IMG/VR virus record: IMGVR_UViG_3300049144_000095
Span: 64,001-128,000 of that record
Origin: a virus
Lineage: Duplodnaviria; Caudoviricetes
DNA length: 64,000 nucleotides
Direction: 5' to 3' (one strand)
In this document: piece after piece, positions 27,115 through 36,828 of the stretch
How the letters are laid out: every line of letters begins with the position of its first letter
Numbering within the stretch: position 1 is the first letter of the stretch
Position numbers and translations under genes: made by a program
The notes under the pieces: model-generated
What the model was told of the DNA's origin: nothing
Database searches by the model: none
The model's input: only the letters and a program-made list of their open reading frames with translations

Positions 27115-27574
27115 TTGAGGGACCCTTACCGCGAGATTGGACAGGCGTAGAGATGGCACGCTCTGGAGTCCAGCCCCGCCCTAGTCTCCCCATGAGGGTC
27201 GAGACGTAGACCAGCGGGCACCGTTCGTCCAGCAGCCACTCGCTGTACGTCTTCGTCTCGCCCCAGGCGGTGAGCCGGTGGGGCGCTCGCTTGGTCCGGT
27301 AAGCGGCGAAGTCGGGGTCGTTCTCCAGCATCCAGGCGTGCCACTCGTGTACCTGGCCGATCATCCAGACGTCTCGCCGCGCGATCTGTATCACCGGAGG
27401 CGGGAACAGGCCTTGCGGCGGGACGCTGGGCCGGGACATCCGGCTGTCGTAGCGGACTTGCCATTCCTCGACAAGACGTCCTGAGATGCCGAACTCGCGG
27501 CCCACGTCCCAGGCATCCCCCAGCCGGGGAAGGTCGGGCTGCCGTGAGAGCCAGTACTCGATGGGGTTCTCCAT
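27107..27574 (-). CDS. AlpA-like HTH fused to HNH-associated DNA-binding domain
   Basis: VGREFGIS...FPPP...VWMIGQVHEW; LTAWGETKTYSEW...RLGRGWTPERAISTP; no HNH nuclease core. Confidence 0.55.
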   Translation of the reverse strand: MENPIEYWLSRQPDLPRLGDAWDVGREFGISGRLVEEWQVRYDSRMSRPSVPPQGLFPPPVIQIARRDVWMIGQVHEWHAWMLENDPDFAAYRTKRAPHRLTAWGETKTYSEWLLDERCPLVYVSTLMGRLGRGWTPERAISTPVQSRGKGPSTA

Positions 27575-27657
27575 CCTGTAAAAATATCGCAGAACGAAGT
27601 GAAAGAATCCTTTAGTTCGGCGCTGAGGTGGGACGCGAAACTACAAGAGCTGGACCC

Positions 27658-28032
27658 TCACTCCCGCCGGGAGTCGCAAGGGCAGACCAGGTTGCTGCCG
27701 GGGACACCACGGGACACCGTGAACCAGCAGCGGCCGTCTACGTCATGCACCCCCGTCTCGTGATCACACGACGGACACCGCCTGCTGGCAGCCCGGTCGG
27801 TGCCGTTCTGCACGTCGCTCGCGCTCTCCTCGTCGGCCCAGTAGTCGGGCCGTACCGGCTCCCAGTCGCCGTAGGTGATGCGGCGGCGGATCTGAACACC
27901 CCGGGAGTGCTGACCAGGAACGAGGTCGCCTCCACCGTCAGGTCGGGGGAACCAGGTGTGGAAGTCCCACTCCGGCGGAGGAATGCACGGCAGCAGGCTC
28001 TTGCGTATCGGCTCGGACTCGGGCCAGTTCAC
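27658..28032 (-). CDS. Hypothetical protein
   Basis: CPSCDH...H...C...CPC; start re-called. Confidence 0.5.
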   Translation of the reverse strand: MNWPESEPIRKSLLPCIPPPEWDFHTWFPRPDGGGDLVPGQHSRGVQIRRRITYGDWEPVRPDYWADEESASDVQNGTDRAASRRCPSCDHETGVHDVDGRCWFTVSRGVPGSNLVCPCDSRRE

Positions 28033-28706
28033 TGTGGAGTTCCCTCCCCGGCACCTGACGGACCGGTGTTGTCGGAGTTCCAGGCGTCGACCACTTTGCC
28101 AGCGACCTTGATGTCCCGTCCCGCTGTATCGATACCGACATATCCGAGAATCCCTCGGATCCCGGAGGGCGGCACGTAGTCGACGCACTCGCACACCGAG
28201 CAGGCCTCACGGGTCCAGCCCGGTCGTTGGCGCCGGTGCTCGGCCTCGGTGTGCCTGCACTCGTACCGCTCCTGATGGTTGCCGTCTGCCTGTCTGCGCA
28301 GCTCCGCCTCGATCAGGCGGGCTCCATGGAGTACCCCTTCGCGATCACCCGAAGAGCGGGCAACCCTGCGCAGAAAACGAGCCGCCTCGCGCCAACCTTC
28401 CGCCGGGGTTCCGAAAGGTTCCATGCCGCAGGCGTCACAGCACCCGCACTGATCCACGCAGACGAGTTCGTCGCCTTCCTCGTCACCCTCGGCCGATACC
28501 CTCATGCTCGCTTCGAAGGCGACCAGATGTGTCCGCGCCGCAGCCAGGCGTGCGCAGTGACCGCAGGGTCTTCCCGACTCGTCCCAGACGCCGGGCCGCT
28601 GGTGTGCATGAGCAGGGCCGCTGTAGTCGAGCGCGTAGCGCAGATCATCCGCCAGGAGGGCGGCGAACGCGGCTTCGGCCTCAGTTCGTTTGGCTGTCTC
28701 GCTCAC
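28029..28706 (-). CDS. Cys-rich hypothetical protein
   Basis: CGHC, CVDQCGCCDAC, CRH...CSVCEC. Confidence 0.55.
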   Translation of the reverse strand: MSETAKRTEAEAAFAALLADDLRYALDYSGPAHAHQRPGVWDESGRPCGHCARLAAARTHLVAFEASMRVSAEGDEEGDELVCVDQCGCCDACGMEPFGTPAEGWREAARFLRRVARSSGDREGVLHGARLIEAELRRQADGNHQERYECRHTEAEHRRQRPGWTREACSVCECVDYVPPSGIRGILGYVGIDTAGRDIKVAGKVVDAWNSDNTGPSGAGEGTPQ

Positions 28707-29038
28707 GACATCTCCCCGGCTTCTCGCATGGCCTGCAACAGGCGTGCCCCCCGTGCGATGTCGATGGGCCAGGTCCAACGCCTGGCCCCTGACCCACACG
28801 CCGGGTCCGGACACACCCATCCGTCCGTGGTGGCCATCAGTAAGGGGCCACCCGTAAGGACTCGCCCGCTTTTGTGACTGGGCCACCAGCAGCGCATCTT
28901 GGGTCGGCTGGGGTTCTCGGGGCCATGCTCCTGAAGGCAGTTCAGTGCGTCCACCTGTTCACTCGTCCACGGTGCCTCGACAGTCCAGGGCCACTCCCCC
29001 AGGGGTGTCGTCAGTGGGTCGAAGGGAGTCTGGCTCAT
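28703..29038 (-). CDS. Zinc-binding hypothetical protein (paralog of 26133-26723)
   Basis: PWTSEQVDALN...C...H...LMATTDGWVCP. Confidence 0.65.
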   Translation of the reverse strand: MSQTPFDPLTTPLGEWPWTVEAPWTSEQVDALNCLQEHGPENPSRPKMRCWWPSHKSGRVLTGGPLLMATTDGWVCPDPACGSGARRWTWPIDIARGARLLQAMREAGEMS

Positions 29039-29100
29039 GGGGCAGCTCCAGGAGGCGAAGGGCGACACAGGTGTTGTCGCGGGGATCTCCAGTCTACCCC

Positions 29101-29112
29101 TGGCCTAGGCCG
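29101..29112. promoter_or_regulatory. Palindromic operator-like site between divergent promoters
   Basis: TGGCCTAGGCCG; minus TAGACT 29091-29096, plus TAATCT 29125-29130. Confidence 0.75.
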
Positions 29113-29136
29113 GATGGTCAGGTCTAATCTGGCTTC

Positions 29137-29358
29137 ATGGATTCCACACTTCAGCCGCTCCCCTGGTCCCGAGAACTTCCCCTCAACAGGCAGGAGGAGT
29201 TCGCGGCCGAACTCCGGCGCACACCCGAGCGCCTGCTGCCCCATCTGATCGCCGCCTGGAAGACGACGGCCGAGTTCTACGCGAACCCGGGGCCGCTGCT
29301 CCGCCTGGTGGCAGCCCCCGGCGAGGGCTTCGCGTACCTCAGGCCGCCTACATCCTGA
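29137..29358 (+). CDS. Small helical protein resembling C-terminal domains of actinobacterial Phd-type antitoxins
   Basis: EFAAEL...LIAAWKTTAEFYANP; leaderless ATG after TAATCT. Confidence 0.5.
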   Translation: MDSTLQPLPWSRELPLNRQEEFAAELRRTPERLLPHLIAAWKTTAEFYANPGPLLRLVAAPGEGFAYLRPPTS

Positions 29359-29599
29359 CGGGCCCTCACCGCACGGGCAGCTTCCCGGCAGGGAGCAGAC
29401 AGAGCCGGGGTCTCGGGGCGAACACGAGACGGCCGGAGCATGGGGCGACTCCGGCCGTCTTGCTGGGAAGAGTTCACGGCTCTTCCCACAGGGCCCTCCA
29501 AGGGCACCGGCGCACGCGGTGAGGACCGTGCGCCAGTGAGGAGAGTAGGTGCCTCCGGCTGGCGAGCGCCAACCCTCGGACAGTCCCGGACGGAGTTGG

Positions 29600-29833
29600 T
29601 CAGGGACGGCACTTCAGGCCGTAGGCCACGATGAAACGCAACACGAGCAGGCCCCCGACGAAGTGCAGGTAGAAGGCCGCTCCTGAGGGGATGCTGAGCA
29701 GGTCCGCCATGATGTCGGGACACGTGAACAGAGGAAGACCCACAGCTCCTGCCGCCTTGGCTTCCAGACGCATGGGGGTCCCGGACTTCTTGTCCTCTGA
29801 CTGAGGGGCGTTCTTCGGGGTGCTGTCGTCCAT
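29600..29833 (-). CDS. Small membrane protein
   Basis: AAAAGGAG SD; hydrophobic C-terminal half. Confidence 0.5.
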   Translation of the reverse strand: MDDSTPKNAPQSEDKKSGTPMRLEAKAAGAVGLPLFTCPDIMADLLSIPSGAAFYLHFVGGLLVLRFIVAYGLKCRP

Positions 29834-30166
29834 GACTTCTTCTCCTTTTCCGATTGGGTCAACTCTAGCTCTGGCAGAACTGGTTGAGCCTCAACGGATG
29901 CTCAGAGTCCCGAAGCGGTCACGGGCCGGACAAAGCTGAGCTGGCACAGGGGTCTTCCGCTGCCTCCCCCGAGGGCGGTGCCACCTCTCACGCGGAGCGA
30001 GTCACGCGCGCCGGGTCTCACACCCGGATGCCAGTGAGTTGATGATACGACAAGCCTCAGCGGGGGCGGCAGGGGCCTCGACCTCGCCAGCTCTCCAGGG
30101 GTTGTAGGTCTGGGCTTGTAGGTTTGTGGTTCTGTGGATCTGGATTGTGGATGAAAGAGCGCCGGG

Positions 30167-30556
30167 GTGAGCGAGCGCAGACAAGACGAGGCGACACAGC
30201 CTGCATCGGTGTTCCGTAGCCGTGGCTACGAGCACGTCTCCTACTACCGGGTGTACTGCACGGCCGACTGCGGCTACTACCTCTCAAGAGAGGAGGGCTC
30301 GTGGTCCAGGACGACACACAGGCGGTACGCCGCCTGCTTCCCCGACGCAGACAAGGCGTGGCAGGCCGCACGGTCCGCCGGGTGGGCGAACGTACTGCTC
30401 CCAGGGCATGACCCGCACAAGCACGGTCCCTACGGCCCGAAGCAGCGCATGTTCTACTGCGACCAGAGCGGCGCCGGGGACTGCCAGGAGGTCCGCGAGT
30501 ACAAGGACGCCACCGTGTGCCCCGAGTGCAGAGGCGCCGGATGGTTCCCCTGGTAG
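30167..30556 (+). CDS. Zinc-ribbon hypothetical protein
   Basis: CTADC, CDQ...C, CPEC. Confidence 0.55.
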   Translation: MSERRQDEATQPASVFRSRGYEHVSYYRVYCTADCGYYLSREEGSWSRTTHRRYAACFPDADKAWQAARSAGWANVLLPGHDPHKHGPYGPKQRMFYCDQSGAGDCQEVREYKDATVCPECRGAGWFPW

Positions 30557-30586
30557 CCGGGACCGGACACGGAGGAGATGGTTCGA

Positions 30587-30742
30587 GTGAGCAGGCACTT
30601 CATGCTGGCCGTTCAGGTGGCCCTGCCTGGCCATGACGACGAAGAGGAGGAGGCGACTCTGTCGCTCCTTCAGGAGCGCATCAGAGGTCTGCCCGAGTTC
30701 AAGCAGCTCGGCGCAACGATGGACCCGCCCGAGCAGATCTGA
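30587..30742 (+). CDS. Small acidic protein (51 aa)
   Basis: GGAGGAG SD; followed by terminator. Confidence 0.5.
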   Translation: MSRHFMLAVQVALPGHDDEEEEATLSLLQERIRGLPEFKQLGATMDPPEQI

Positions 30743-30752
30743 CCCGAGTCAG

Positions 30753-30793
30753 AAAAGAGCCCCCTTGTGATCAACTCACGAGGGGGCTCTTTT
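30753..30793. terminator. Bidirectional intrinsic terminator
   Basis: AAAAGAGCCCCCT / AGGGGGCTCTTTT. Confidence 0.8.
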
Positions 30794-30963
30794 GCGCACG
30801 AGGCGCATCGGTGCCTGAAGGCTATCAGAGCCTTGCCCCGTCAGGAGGCAAAGGGGCCCACGTAGAGAAGGCGCAGCGGATTTTTCTGCCGACTCGATTT
30901 CCGGATCCTGACTCGCTTCATGGTTTTTCGGCAGGGACCGGACAGAGGCCTCTATCCCGCCAA

Positions 30964-31161
30964 TTAGTCGGGGTCCATCGGAGGCGGCGAATCGATTGAC
31001 CCTTCTTCGCTCCGCTTCCAGACCGGATGCGGCCTCTTGTGGATCTCGGTCATCTCCATCATGCGTGTGACCATGTAGCGCAGCACGGCTGCATCGAGGT
31101 CGACCGGGTAAGGGGTCGAGTTGTCGAGGAGGTGGATCATGTCGTCTTCACTGATGCTCAT
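30964..31161 (-). CDS. Hypothetical protein, first gene of left arm
   Basis: GC3-rich; borders non-coding hub. Confidence 0.5.
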   Translation of the reverse strand: MSISEDDMIHLLDNSTPYPVDLDAAVLRYMVTRMMEMTEIHKRPHPVWKRSEEGSIDSPPPMDPD

Positions 31162-32130
31162 GCGGTGAGCCTAGGGCAAGGAAGCCCTGTGGAAAACGCC
31201 CACGCGGCCCACACGTAGACGGACACGAGACCAAAACCTGGAACCAAATTCAGAAATACATTTCCCAATTGGTTTTCTCATTGGTTGGGAATTCTTGGGA
31301 TCTCCTGGTTTTCCTGCCCTTTGTTTTTCTCCCTTCCTAGCCTGCCTGCTTTCCCGCTCGCTTTCCTTTCCGATTGCTTTCCTATTGCTGTGTGTATTGC
31401 TTTTGTGTGTACGTGATATCGAGCGTGCATCGTGTGGATTGTTGTCATCCCCTTTCCTTGTTGCATTCCTTTTGCCTCTCCCTTCCGATCGTCTTCTTTC
31501 CCTTGTGTCCTGTGCATTGTGTGCATTGCGTCGCCTGCCGAATGTGCACATGTGTGGTGTGAGATAGAGGCTGGTCACAGAGTCGAGTCACCCGCTTTCG
31601 CATCCTTCCGAATTGCTGCGCCTTTTCCCCTGCCATCCCTCGTGGCCATGCAGTGGTGAGTAAGGGCAGAAAGGAAACAAGAGAATGAACAAGAGAGTGA
31701 CAGGAAAAGGGCGCACGCATTCCCGCTGAAAGGCACTCTCGAAGCTGCGCCGAAAGCACACCGCAACACCCCCTCCCTTTCACGTGCACTCACCCGCACC
31801 CCATTCGAGCCGCACCGTTCCGCGCGCCTGCCACCCGCACCGTTCGCGAGGCTTCCCGTGCCCGTTCGATGGCTGGTCAGAGACTCGCCGACTCGCACCC
31901 GGGGCGCCCCCGCGCGTCACGTGCCCGGGGCGCACACGCATGCGCGCGCCTGCCCGCCCTCGCGCGTGCCCGCGTACCTGCGTCACGCGTGCGTGCGTGC
32001 TGCGCGTCCGCGTACCTGCGCATGCACACCCCTGGCTTGCCACATGTCCGACTTGCCTCTCTTGTTCTCTTCTTTCCTTCCATCCCTCCCCTTTCTCTCA
32101 CATCCCCACATGCCCACATGATTCGGGCAT

Positions 32131-32951
32131 ATGGGACAGACTCCCGTGCTGGCCAGTGGAGCGCACACACGCGCGTAGGGAGCCTGTTTCCCCAGGTCAG
32201 ACCTAGTGTCAGGACAAATGGGACACCCCTCCTGACCTGCGATGTTTGCAGTTGGCCTATTGCTGACAGAACGTCTCGTAAGCAATCGCGCCGACACAGT
32301 GAACCGAGCAACAAAAGCCCAGCTCAGAGGCATGATCAGCGTTGATCCCGACATATGGGACAGGCTTGTGACCTGCGGTTATGTCGAGCCGAGTGCAGGT
32401 TTCGAGCGAGAGAAATACCGTCGCCTCTCGTCTCATCTAGAGGCATAAGGCTTGGTTCCACTCTTGTGTTCTCTTGTCTGTATGTGTCTACACAGACACA
32501 CCAAACTGGACACATGGGACAGAACTTCTTTCCGTGCTGGTCAAGTGCCTTTTTCTGCACTTCTTTGCGACCCCCTTTGACTCCCCCGAAACCCTCCCCG
32601 ACCCTGTCCGTTTCGCCCTGACATGCGGGACTTTCTCCTGTGACCTGGGTCACACATTCGAGTGGAAAGCAGTTTCCACTAGCGTTTGCATACCCCCCAG
32701 CTTTCGCAAATCGCTGCCCTTGTATCGCCATGTATGTCCGTTTCCCTCATGGGGCTCTGATCCCTGAGACCCCTTCTGACCTGCACAAATAACTTTCTCG
32801 CTAGCATCGTCGCAGGTCATACAGCATGGCCTAGGCCGTTATCTGTTCGTTACCAACTTCCCTTTTGTTGCTGGTCAGAGCGCTATCCAAGTCGCGACCC
32901 GGCATGTCCTGACTTTTGGGAGCCTGGAGCGGACAGAGCCATGACCTGCGG
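32131..32951. repeat. Iteron-like cluster: ATGGGACAS x4 and TGACCTG(C/G)-type x10
   Basis: ATGGGACA at 32131, 32218, 32355, 32514; TGACCTG variants at 32191, 32232, 32369, 32535, 32618, 32641, 32776, 32811, 32869, 32942 on both strands. Confidence 0.7.
32827..32838. promoter_or_regulatory. Palindromic operator-like site in hub
   Basis: TGGCCTAGGCCG. Confidence 0.65.
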
Positions 32952-33952
32952 TTTCTTAATCGTTGCTCTCGCCTTCGATAACGCAATGAATCCCATCATG
33001 CCAATCTTGTGTTGTCCCGCCGGGCACATGGCCAACGGGACGCAACGCACCACGAGGCAAGCCGCACACGCAAACCCCTTCGGGGGGGCCGCGACGTTGC
33101 AGCTTGGGCGAGTGGTCCGGAGAGCGGGAACGCCGGTAGTCGTAACGCCGGTAACCCGATCGATGGGGTTCCTTGAGATGTTCGGAGCCGAACGCGAGAC
33201 GCCCGGGTCGTACCGGGTAGCGCGGGAGGCGCAAGCGGCGAGATGCGGGCCGGAAATCGCATCGCTCGACTCTGGGGGAGGGTGTTTCCCTCCGTCAGTT
33301 CGGGACCGGCGCACGCGGAGTACGCAGCCACTTGCCGGAACGCCTTACAGCCGCAACCTGCGCGGCGGGGGAATCCGGGAATGTTGTGGGAAACACGTGT
33401 CAGGGAGTTAGTCCGGCCCGACGAGATGCGGCGCACGTGAGTACGCGTCACTTGCCAGGAAGTGCAACCCCAATCCACGGGGGGAAGTCTGGGAATACAT
33501 GCGGGAAAGCGTGTCAAGTCAGTTAGTCCGCGAACGGTGCCCGTTGCACCCTGGATTCGAGTCAAAACGCACTGCGCGAGTACGGCGCAGATGATTGCAC
33601 GTTCTTCGGTTAGGAAACCCGGGGCGATACGTGCACAACGGTACGGCCGGATACGGGGAGACTCGGAAACTCCCCCCGGCGGCGCACGGGGGCCGCGTAG
33701 CGGCTCCCGTGACACACGCATTACCCGGCGGGACGGATGCTGACGCATCACGCACGGACTGACGTCCTGATCTACGGGACGCGTGACGACGTAACGCGCG
33801 GTCCGTCCCGCCACATCGCTCACGTTTGGTGAGTACGAGCGGACAACTTGCGTCCGATAGGCACCGGTCAAGAGCCGGGCAACCTATTACGGGTGAGCTG
33901 TGTCCGTTCCTCCCACTGCGCGTTGGTGGTGAATCCGGAAAGGGGATGCGGG

Positions 33953-34129
33953 ATGACGGTTTATCTCGCGAACGGCGGAACGCTTACGGTCCTGGCAAAT
34001 GGGACCGTGGAACTCCGCCGGAACGGACAGACAATGCGGGTGAGCGGGCGCGGCAGTCACCGCGCAACGGCGGATTGGGTCCGCTCCCTGGCGTTCGGCC
34101 GTGACGTTCGGTACGTCACGGCAGGCTGA
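33953..34129 (+). CDS. Small hypothetical protein, first of + strand array
   Basis: CCGGAAAGGGG leader; MTVYLANGG. Confidence 0.6.
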   Translation: MTVYLANGGTLTVLANGTVELRRNGQTMRVSGRGSHRATADWVRSLAFGRDVRYVTAG

Positions 34130-34178
34130 CAGTCGCTCCGTAAAGGCGGAGCGCGGGCATTCGGAAAGGGCAGGAACC

Positions 34179-35939
34179 ATGGGACGAACCTTTGTTGCAC
34201 TGAACAGCGACGGACAGCCGCGTATGTACGGGTACGCCCGGGGCGCGGGTCACGTCGTCCTGATCCCGGTGGACGCGATGAACGATCCTTTGGCGACGGG
34301 CGGCGTGCTGGAAACGCCGTGCGGCGGTAAGGGAGTGGACTCCGAACGGCTCACGGAGAAGTTCACCGGTGACAAGATGTGCACGCGTTGCGTTGCGTGG
34401 CTCGACTCCGACGGGGGCCGCAACGACGTCGAAGCGGCGCGGGAAGCGAAGTGGGACCGTGAGAACACGGGTCCGTCCCTCGCGGAGATCATGGGCGACC
34501 ACATCCTGATCACGCTTGACGGGGCGCGGGAGGTGAAGGGGCCGGACGCGCGGGAGGAGTCTGCCCCGGAGCCGGTCCGGGAGATCACCCGCGAGGAAGT
34601 GCGGGACCTTATCGGGCGCAGCAAGCGGGGCGCGGCCGTGCGGAAGCGCGAGGCGGCCGTAGAGCGGGAGCGGGAGCGGTTGGCCGCGCAGCGGAAGGCG
34701 CGGGAAGCGCGGGATGCTGCTGCGGAAGCGCGGGAGGAGTCTGCCCAGGAGTCGGAGCCGGTACAGGGTGAGCTGTGGGGCAAGACTCATGCGGAGATGC
34801 GGGCGGCGGTCGCAACCTTCTACGCGTCCGGTAAGCCTGTCCCGGCGGAAGTTGCCGCTCTGCCTGATCCGGCCGTGGTGCAGGTTCAGTGGTCCGGGAC
34901 GAACGGCGCGGGGGACACCGACTGGCGCGGATGCGAGGGTGCCGGTCCGGTGGCGGTCGTCAACGCGGAGCGGACGCACGGGAAGTGCCCGGCATGCAAC
35001 GCGTACATCGAATTGACGGACACCGAGGGGGAAGAGGACTTCCGCATCGGGTCGCACTACGAATACGGGGTCGCGGCCCCCGCCAACCCCCACATGTCGT
35101 CACAGTCGTTGGACGCCGTGGAACACGGGACGGTGCCCGGGTCCCCCGTGATCGCGAACAAGCGGCGCAAGGTCGAAGCACTGTGCAAGCGTTCTGACAA
35201 GGTGGCGCGCGGCGTCACCCAGGGCGGAGCGAAGCAGTGCCCGGAGTGCGCGCGGTCGGTGGAACTGTACAGGCGGGAGCGCACCGTCAAGGGCAAAGCG
35301 AAGGTGCAGTGGGTCTACCCGGAACACGTCGACTCGCGGGACACGTTCGGTCGGTCGGGAGCGGACGGCAAGGGTGAGCGCAAGGTCACGCCGCGCGGGA
35401 GTGGCGCGGACGCCGGTAAGGGCGCGCGGGATCACGGGAGTGTGAACGGCTCCGCGAACACGGGGGCCCACAACCTCCCGCCCGTCCAGCCCAAGAGCGG
35501 ATGGCTGGCCGTGGCCGGTACGTCGGTCCTCTCTGCCACGGTGCGTCCGGGTGTGGATCCGGTGGTGCAGGGCGAGTGGTGCCCGCTGTGCAAGGGTCCG
35601 AAGAACATCGTGCACCGTGGCAAGTCGCGCGGGTGGCGCCGTGACCACTCGAAGAAGATGGCGGCCTGGCACAAGGAGCAGGACGCAAAGCGCGCGGTCA
35701 AGCGGGAGCGGGACACGCAGCAGGGTAAGCGACTCCCCCAGGGTGCGCGTAAGGCCGCGCGGCAGGCTGCGAGCGTCGGGAGTTTCGCCGAAGGGACCGT
35801 GGCCGGTGTGGTGATGCGCGGGACGCGTCCGGAGGACACCCCCGCCGGGACGCCGGTCGGCAAGCGCACGCGACAGGTCAGCAAGCGCACCCCCGCCCCG
35901 GGTGAGGCGGAAGCGGTCAAGGGCGGCAAACGCAAGTAG
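34179..35939 (+). CDS. Large basic protein with several CxxC/His zinc modules
   Basis: CTRC, CPAC..H, CPEC..H, CPLC..H; Arg/Glu coiled segment. Confidence 0.7.
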   Translation: MGRTFVALNSDGQPRMYGYARGAGHVVLIPVDAMNDPLATGGVLETPCGGKGVDSERLTEKFTGDKMCTRCVAWLDSDGGRNDVEAAREAKWDRENTGPSLAEIMGDHILITLDGAREVKGPDAREESAPEPVREITREEVRDLIGRSKRGAAVRKREAAVERERERLAAQRKAREARDAAAEAREESAQESEPVQGELWGKTHAEMRAAVATFYASGKPVPAEVAALPDPAVVQVQWSGTNGAGDTDWRGCEGAGPVAVVNAERTHGKCPACNAYIELTDTEGEEDFRIGSHYEYGVAAPANPHMSSQSLDAVEHGTVPGSPVIANKRRKVEALCKRSDKVARGVTQGGAKQCPECARSVELYRRERTVKGKAKVQWVYPEHVDSRDTFGRSGADGKGERKVTPRGSGADAGKGARDHGSVNGSANTGAHNLPPVQPKSGWLAVAGTSVLSATVRPGVDPVVQGEWCPLCKGPKNIVHRGKSRGWRRDHSKKMAAWHKEQDAKRAVKRERDTQQGKRLPQGARKAARQAASVGSFAEGTVAGVVMRGTRPEDTPAGTPVGKRTRQVSKRTPAPGEAEAVKGGKRK

Positions 35940-36003
35940 CAGGCACGTTCACGCTCGGGGGCCCGGGACGGTCCGGGCCCCCTCCGGAGAGGACTCAGAA
36001 AAG

Positions 36004-36189
36004 ATGAGCTGGATTCAGAACCTGCCCGCGTACGCCATCCGTCGGGGCCTCGCGAACGGGGACTTCAGGCCCGAGCAGATCGCCGAGGCGGAGCGGCGCT
36101 TGACGGAACTCACGGTCGACCGGCCGCGCATGGTGATCGGTCTGGGGGTCCGGGACGACCGGCCACGCGGCGTCGTCGCCGTGGGCTGA
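36004..36189 (+). CDS. Hypothetical protein
   Basis: MSWIQNLP; array gene. Confidence 0.6.
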   Translation: MSWIQNLPAYAIRRGLANGDFRPEQIAEAERRLTELTVDRPRMVIGLGVRDDRPRGVVAVG

Positions 36190-36275
36190 CACGGCACAGC
36201 TCCGACCGCAGACAGGTGACGTGCGGGGGTCCGGGGACCGTTTCGGACCCCCGCCCCGGAAAGGGAGAGATACGC

Positions 36276-36731
36276 ATGGACGGTAAGGGTGAGACGCGGG
36301 TGCGGCGACGGTGGGCAGTGATGCCCCGGGACGGGAGCAGGCGGGTCGGCAGGGTGGAACGGTCGGTGTACCTGATCTGCGCGGTCGCGGTCGCGGGTGC
36401 GGCACTGCGGGTCGCGGCGCTGCTCTCCGGGACGGGAGCGGACACCGCCGGGGACACCACGGAGCGGGACCGGCAGATGATCATGACCGGTGGCTACCTG
36501 TCGTGGCAGGTGACGGACGGGTGTGCGCAGGGTCCGGTGGAGTGCAGCCGGGTACTGCGGGAGGCCAACGTCGGGGGTCGCGCGTACGGGGTGCGCGTGA
36601 TGAGCGACGGATCGCTGATCGGGCGGGACGACGATCCCGGTGCGGTCACGGTATCGGTGTCGGAGCTGCCCGCCGGTGACTGCTGGTGGGAGGTCAAGGC
36701 GGACGGTTCTACGGAACCGCTCTGCAAGTGA
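36276..36731 (+). CDS. Membrane-anchored hypothetical protein
   Basis: CCGGAAAGGGAG SD; one TM segment. Confidence 0.6.
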   Translation: MDGKGETRVRRRWAVMPRDGSRRVGRVERSVYLICAVAVAGAALRVAALLSGTGADTAGDTTERDRQMIMTGGYLSWQVTDGCAQGPVECSRVLREANVGGRAYGVRVMSDGSLIGRDDDPGAVTVSVSELPAGDCWWEVKADGSTEPLCK

Positions 36732-36828
36732 CGTGACGGAGATGCGCGCCGGGGTCGCCGGGCCGTGACGGTCCGGGGTCCCTGGGGTGCCGCTCGGAAG
36801 CGGTATTCATCGGAGAGGGGTAAGAGAC

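Larger units (their letters stand above)
31170..33950. other. Non-coding strand-divergence hub (candidate origin and/or genome terminus region)
   Basis: Lower GC, low complexity, no convincing ORFs; genes point away on both sides. Confidence 0.6.

Noticed and set aside
31171-33871. ORFs in the hub (e.g. 31171-31578, 32996-33871, 32242-32448)
   Set aside because: Low-complexity translations, atypical codon usage, no SD
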